DNA of 64,000 nucleotides, taken from NCBI RefSeq assembly GCF_006345805.1, contig NC_043001.1:89528001-89592000 (forward strand), written 5' to 3'. The first letter of the stretch is position 1. The number at the start of each line of letters is the position of its first letter. The notes under the pieces were generated by a model that saw only the letters and a list, made by a program, of their open reading frames with translations, was not told the origin of the DNA and made no database searches. Shown in pieces: positions 61,540 through 64,000 of this stretch. The position numbers and the translations under genes were made by a program. The stretch is from Octopus sinensis. Lineage: Eukaryota.

Positions 61540-62900
61540 CCAGATAATGTTACAACTTTTTGCTATCTTCTTCTAAAGTGTGTGCGCATACATATGTACA
61601 TATGCACACACACACGTTTGATGTTAGGTCAAGGATTTGCCTATTTGAATATTATGTAGTTACATTTTCAGAATATACTATGTTTTGGTGGAGATATTTG
61701 TAGTTGAGTGGTCAGTTGAGTTTCTGTAGTTTTATGTTTGAGTGTTGAAAATTTCTTGGAATGAGTTGCATTTTTTGCAGTTGATATTGGATAGGACTGG
61801 GCAAGATTTGGGTTGAATTAAAGACTGACTGAGTGGTGTTGAAAATTGGGTGATATTTATGTAATCTGGAGAAATGCTTTCTGATTAGGTTGAGGAAATA
61901 TTTAACCCTTTTGTTACCAACCTGGCCGAAACCAGCTCTGGCTCTGTAGTACAAATATCTTATTTTCATAAGTTTTGAATTAAAATCTTCCACCAAACCT
62001 TAGTCGCAATTTATGTTCCTAACACTAGCTTAATGATAACTAAGTTATTTCACTAAATTCTTTGTTATATTTAAAATTGATTGAAAGAAACACAGAGCAT
62101 CTCAAAATAAATACAGTAACAAAAGGGTTAATGTTGGTTGTGGTTACTTGTAAATTGCATGGTGAGTTGTACTAGGTGATTTTCATTTTTCTATTCTTAG
62201 TTTTAAGCTTTGTGATGGGATGTAGTTGACGTTTTCTTTGGAATCACTTAGTATAAGGATATTGTATGAGTATTCATTTTTTATTAAGGCAAGCTTTGAG
62301 GAAAATATTTCTCGGGTTTATTGCTTATGGAGGGTTATATCATTGAAAGATGTATATTTGTTGGGTTATTTTGTTAGATTTTCAAAATAAAATTTTTGCA
62401 AGGTGTGTCTAGAGTAAATTAATTATACACTTTTTCTATGTTCGTATTCACTGAGATTTTCACATTGGAGCCTTTCAGCAGAGAAGCCCTCATGAATATG
62501 TTTGTGGCTCAGGGATTCATGTTTTTGACAATGGGAAGCTTTCGTTCATGTAAAGGCCTCCTTCAACAAATTGTGATTTAGTGTTAAGAGTGTATAATTA
62601 AAATAGGCCAACCAGTTCACTTACCTCAGTGGATTTGTATGACTCCAAACTTATGGGAGAGTGTTTAACAGGATTTCTCTTTATCCTTACATTTCCATTG
62701 TTTGAAGAGGTAGATTTCTGACATGTATAATGTTCATGTCTTGTGCTGAGATAGTGGTGAATTGGTTGGCATGTGAAATTGTGAAATTACAAGGAATTCC
62801 TTTGAAATCAGTGTTTCGGCTTTTATGTTTCATGGATCTACCTCAAGAGAGAGATCAACCACTGAAGTTGACAACAGTATGGTTGCTATGTGCAATTAAG
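61540..62900 (-). mobile_element. Degenerate Penelope-like element, interrupted by a MITE
   Basis: FLNLIRKHFSRLHKYHPIFN resembles the segment between RT and GIY-YIG in Penelope-like elements. Confidence 0.55.
61906..62127. mobile_element. piggyBac-type MITE
   Basis: TTAA|CCCTTTTGTTAC ... GTAACAAAAGGG|TTAA. Confidence 0.88.
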
Positions 62901-63199
62901 GATTATGAGGACAAAAAAGGCAGGCTAGTTTATAAGAAATAGCTATAGAGATGCTTAAAATATCTGAAGCAGAGTATGTGCTAGTTACTGATATAATCAG
63001 ATAGTATAAGAGCTTTTTGTATGCAATATGTAGCACATTATCATCAAATGCTTCTAAGGCAAAAGAAATACACAAGAAAGACCAATTACAGATTAATTAA
63101 ATTGTTGGATCAGTTTACGAAAGTCTTCAACAATCCCAAATCTTGTCCAGTCTTATCCAATATAAATTGTAAAGAAACGTAACTCATTCCAAGAAATCC

Positions 63200-63560
63200 T
63201 CAACATTTGATTCTACCAGTATAGTAACTCAACTACAAATACCTTCACCATAACATAGTATAATATGCTGTTAGCATAACCATATGCTCTTCAAATAGGC
63301 AAATCCTTGACCTAACTCCAAACAAATTCAAAGTTTGCTTTAAGCAACATCTGAGCACACATTTAGAAATATTTACAGAAAACATGAAGCCAAGTAAGCA
63401 CATTTGGAAAACTTGAAACACTCCAACACTTCACATTCCATTACTTAGACATTAAACTTCAGGCTCTAAATTCTGTTCCCTCTCCATTACAGAAAGGAAA
63501 GCAGTTCTCTTCAACAAATAAAACTTCAAAACAGAGTTAATCTCATTCTGTAGACAGAAA
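63200..63560 (+). mobile_element. Penelope GIY-YIG remnant, inverted relative to the 61.6-kb fragment
   Basis: ttcaaataggcaaatccttgacct is the reverse complement of 61625-61648; SKHIW-like motif. Confidence 0.45.
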
Positions 63561-64000
63561 ATCCTCCCTCTTTTGAAATGTCTTTAACCCACACAGATAA
63601 TAGCACACCACTACTAACCCTCATACAACTTCCTACAACCTCCATATTATCCCTACTGCACACATATTTTATCTTGCCCAAATAGCTATATATGAATATG
63701 CAGATGTGTGTATGTATACACTGTTATATTTGTATGACTTTAAACTGCATCCAGTGGTAGGGCTCTGGTTCAGGAGACCTCAGGATTTTCACAGTGTAGA
63801 AGCATCTCTTAGCCACTATTGCTCTTAGGTCTACTCTGACTCGGAGAAGCAGCACGTGTCAGGGTCCCAGATAATGGTTAGTATTATGGTTTGCCTACCT
63901 ATACATGTGAAGACTGGATTCGGTGGACTTTGCAGAGGAAACCTTTATGGTTCAATGGAGGGGAAGACAGCTGTAGCAATACACTGTGGAGTGCAGAGAG

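Overview
AT-rich, repeat-dense metazoan genomic DNA, most likely a coleoid cephalopod (Octopus). That assignment is inferred from the SINE, MITE and microsatellite content. Three protein genes are partly visible. (1) The last coding exon of RPL34 (+, 11898-11976). No earlier RPL34 exon was found, so 1-11897 appears to be the 3' part of one very long intron. (2) An unidentified multi-exon gene on the minus strand (about 15348-29474), convergent with RPL34. (3) A plus-strand gene with a PAN/Apple exon followed by coiled-coil exons (49585-55557). The main result is inside the RPL34 intron: a locally amplified array of box C/D snoRNAs of the SNORD88/snR76 type (guide AGCACUGGGC, antisense to 28S rRNA). 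There are seven intact copies, one split by a TTAA piggyBac-type MITE and one degenerate. They spread by a 1.04-kb tandem duplication, a template-switch mosaic, and insertion into a second copy of the MITE. Candidate H/ACA snoRNAs lie between them. The rest of the window holds a young non-autonomous LTR element (1.18-kb LTRs, duplicated tRNA-Trp PBS), a pogo fossil, hAT, Merlin-type and piggyBac-type MITEs, a Helitron, RTE/CR1/Tx1/Penelope fragments, a composite tandem array and several perfect palindromes. All calls were made by eye; nothing was searched or folded computationally.
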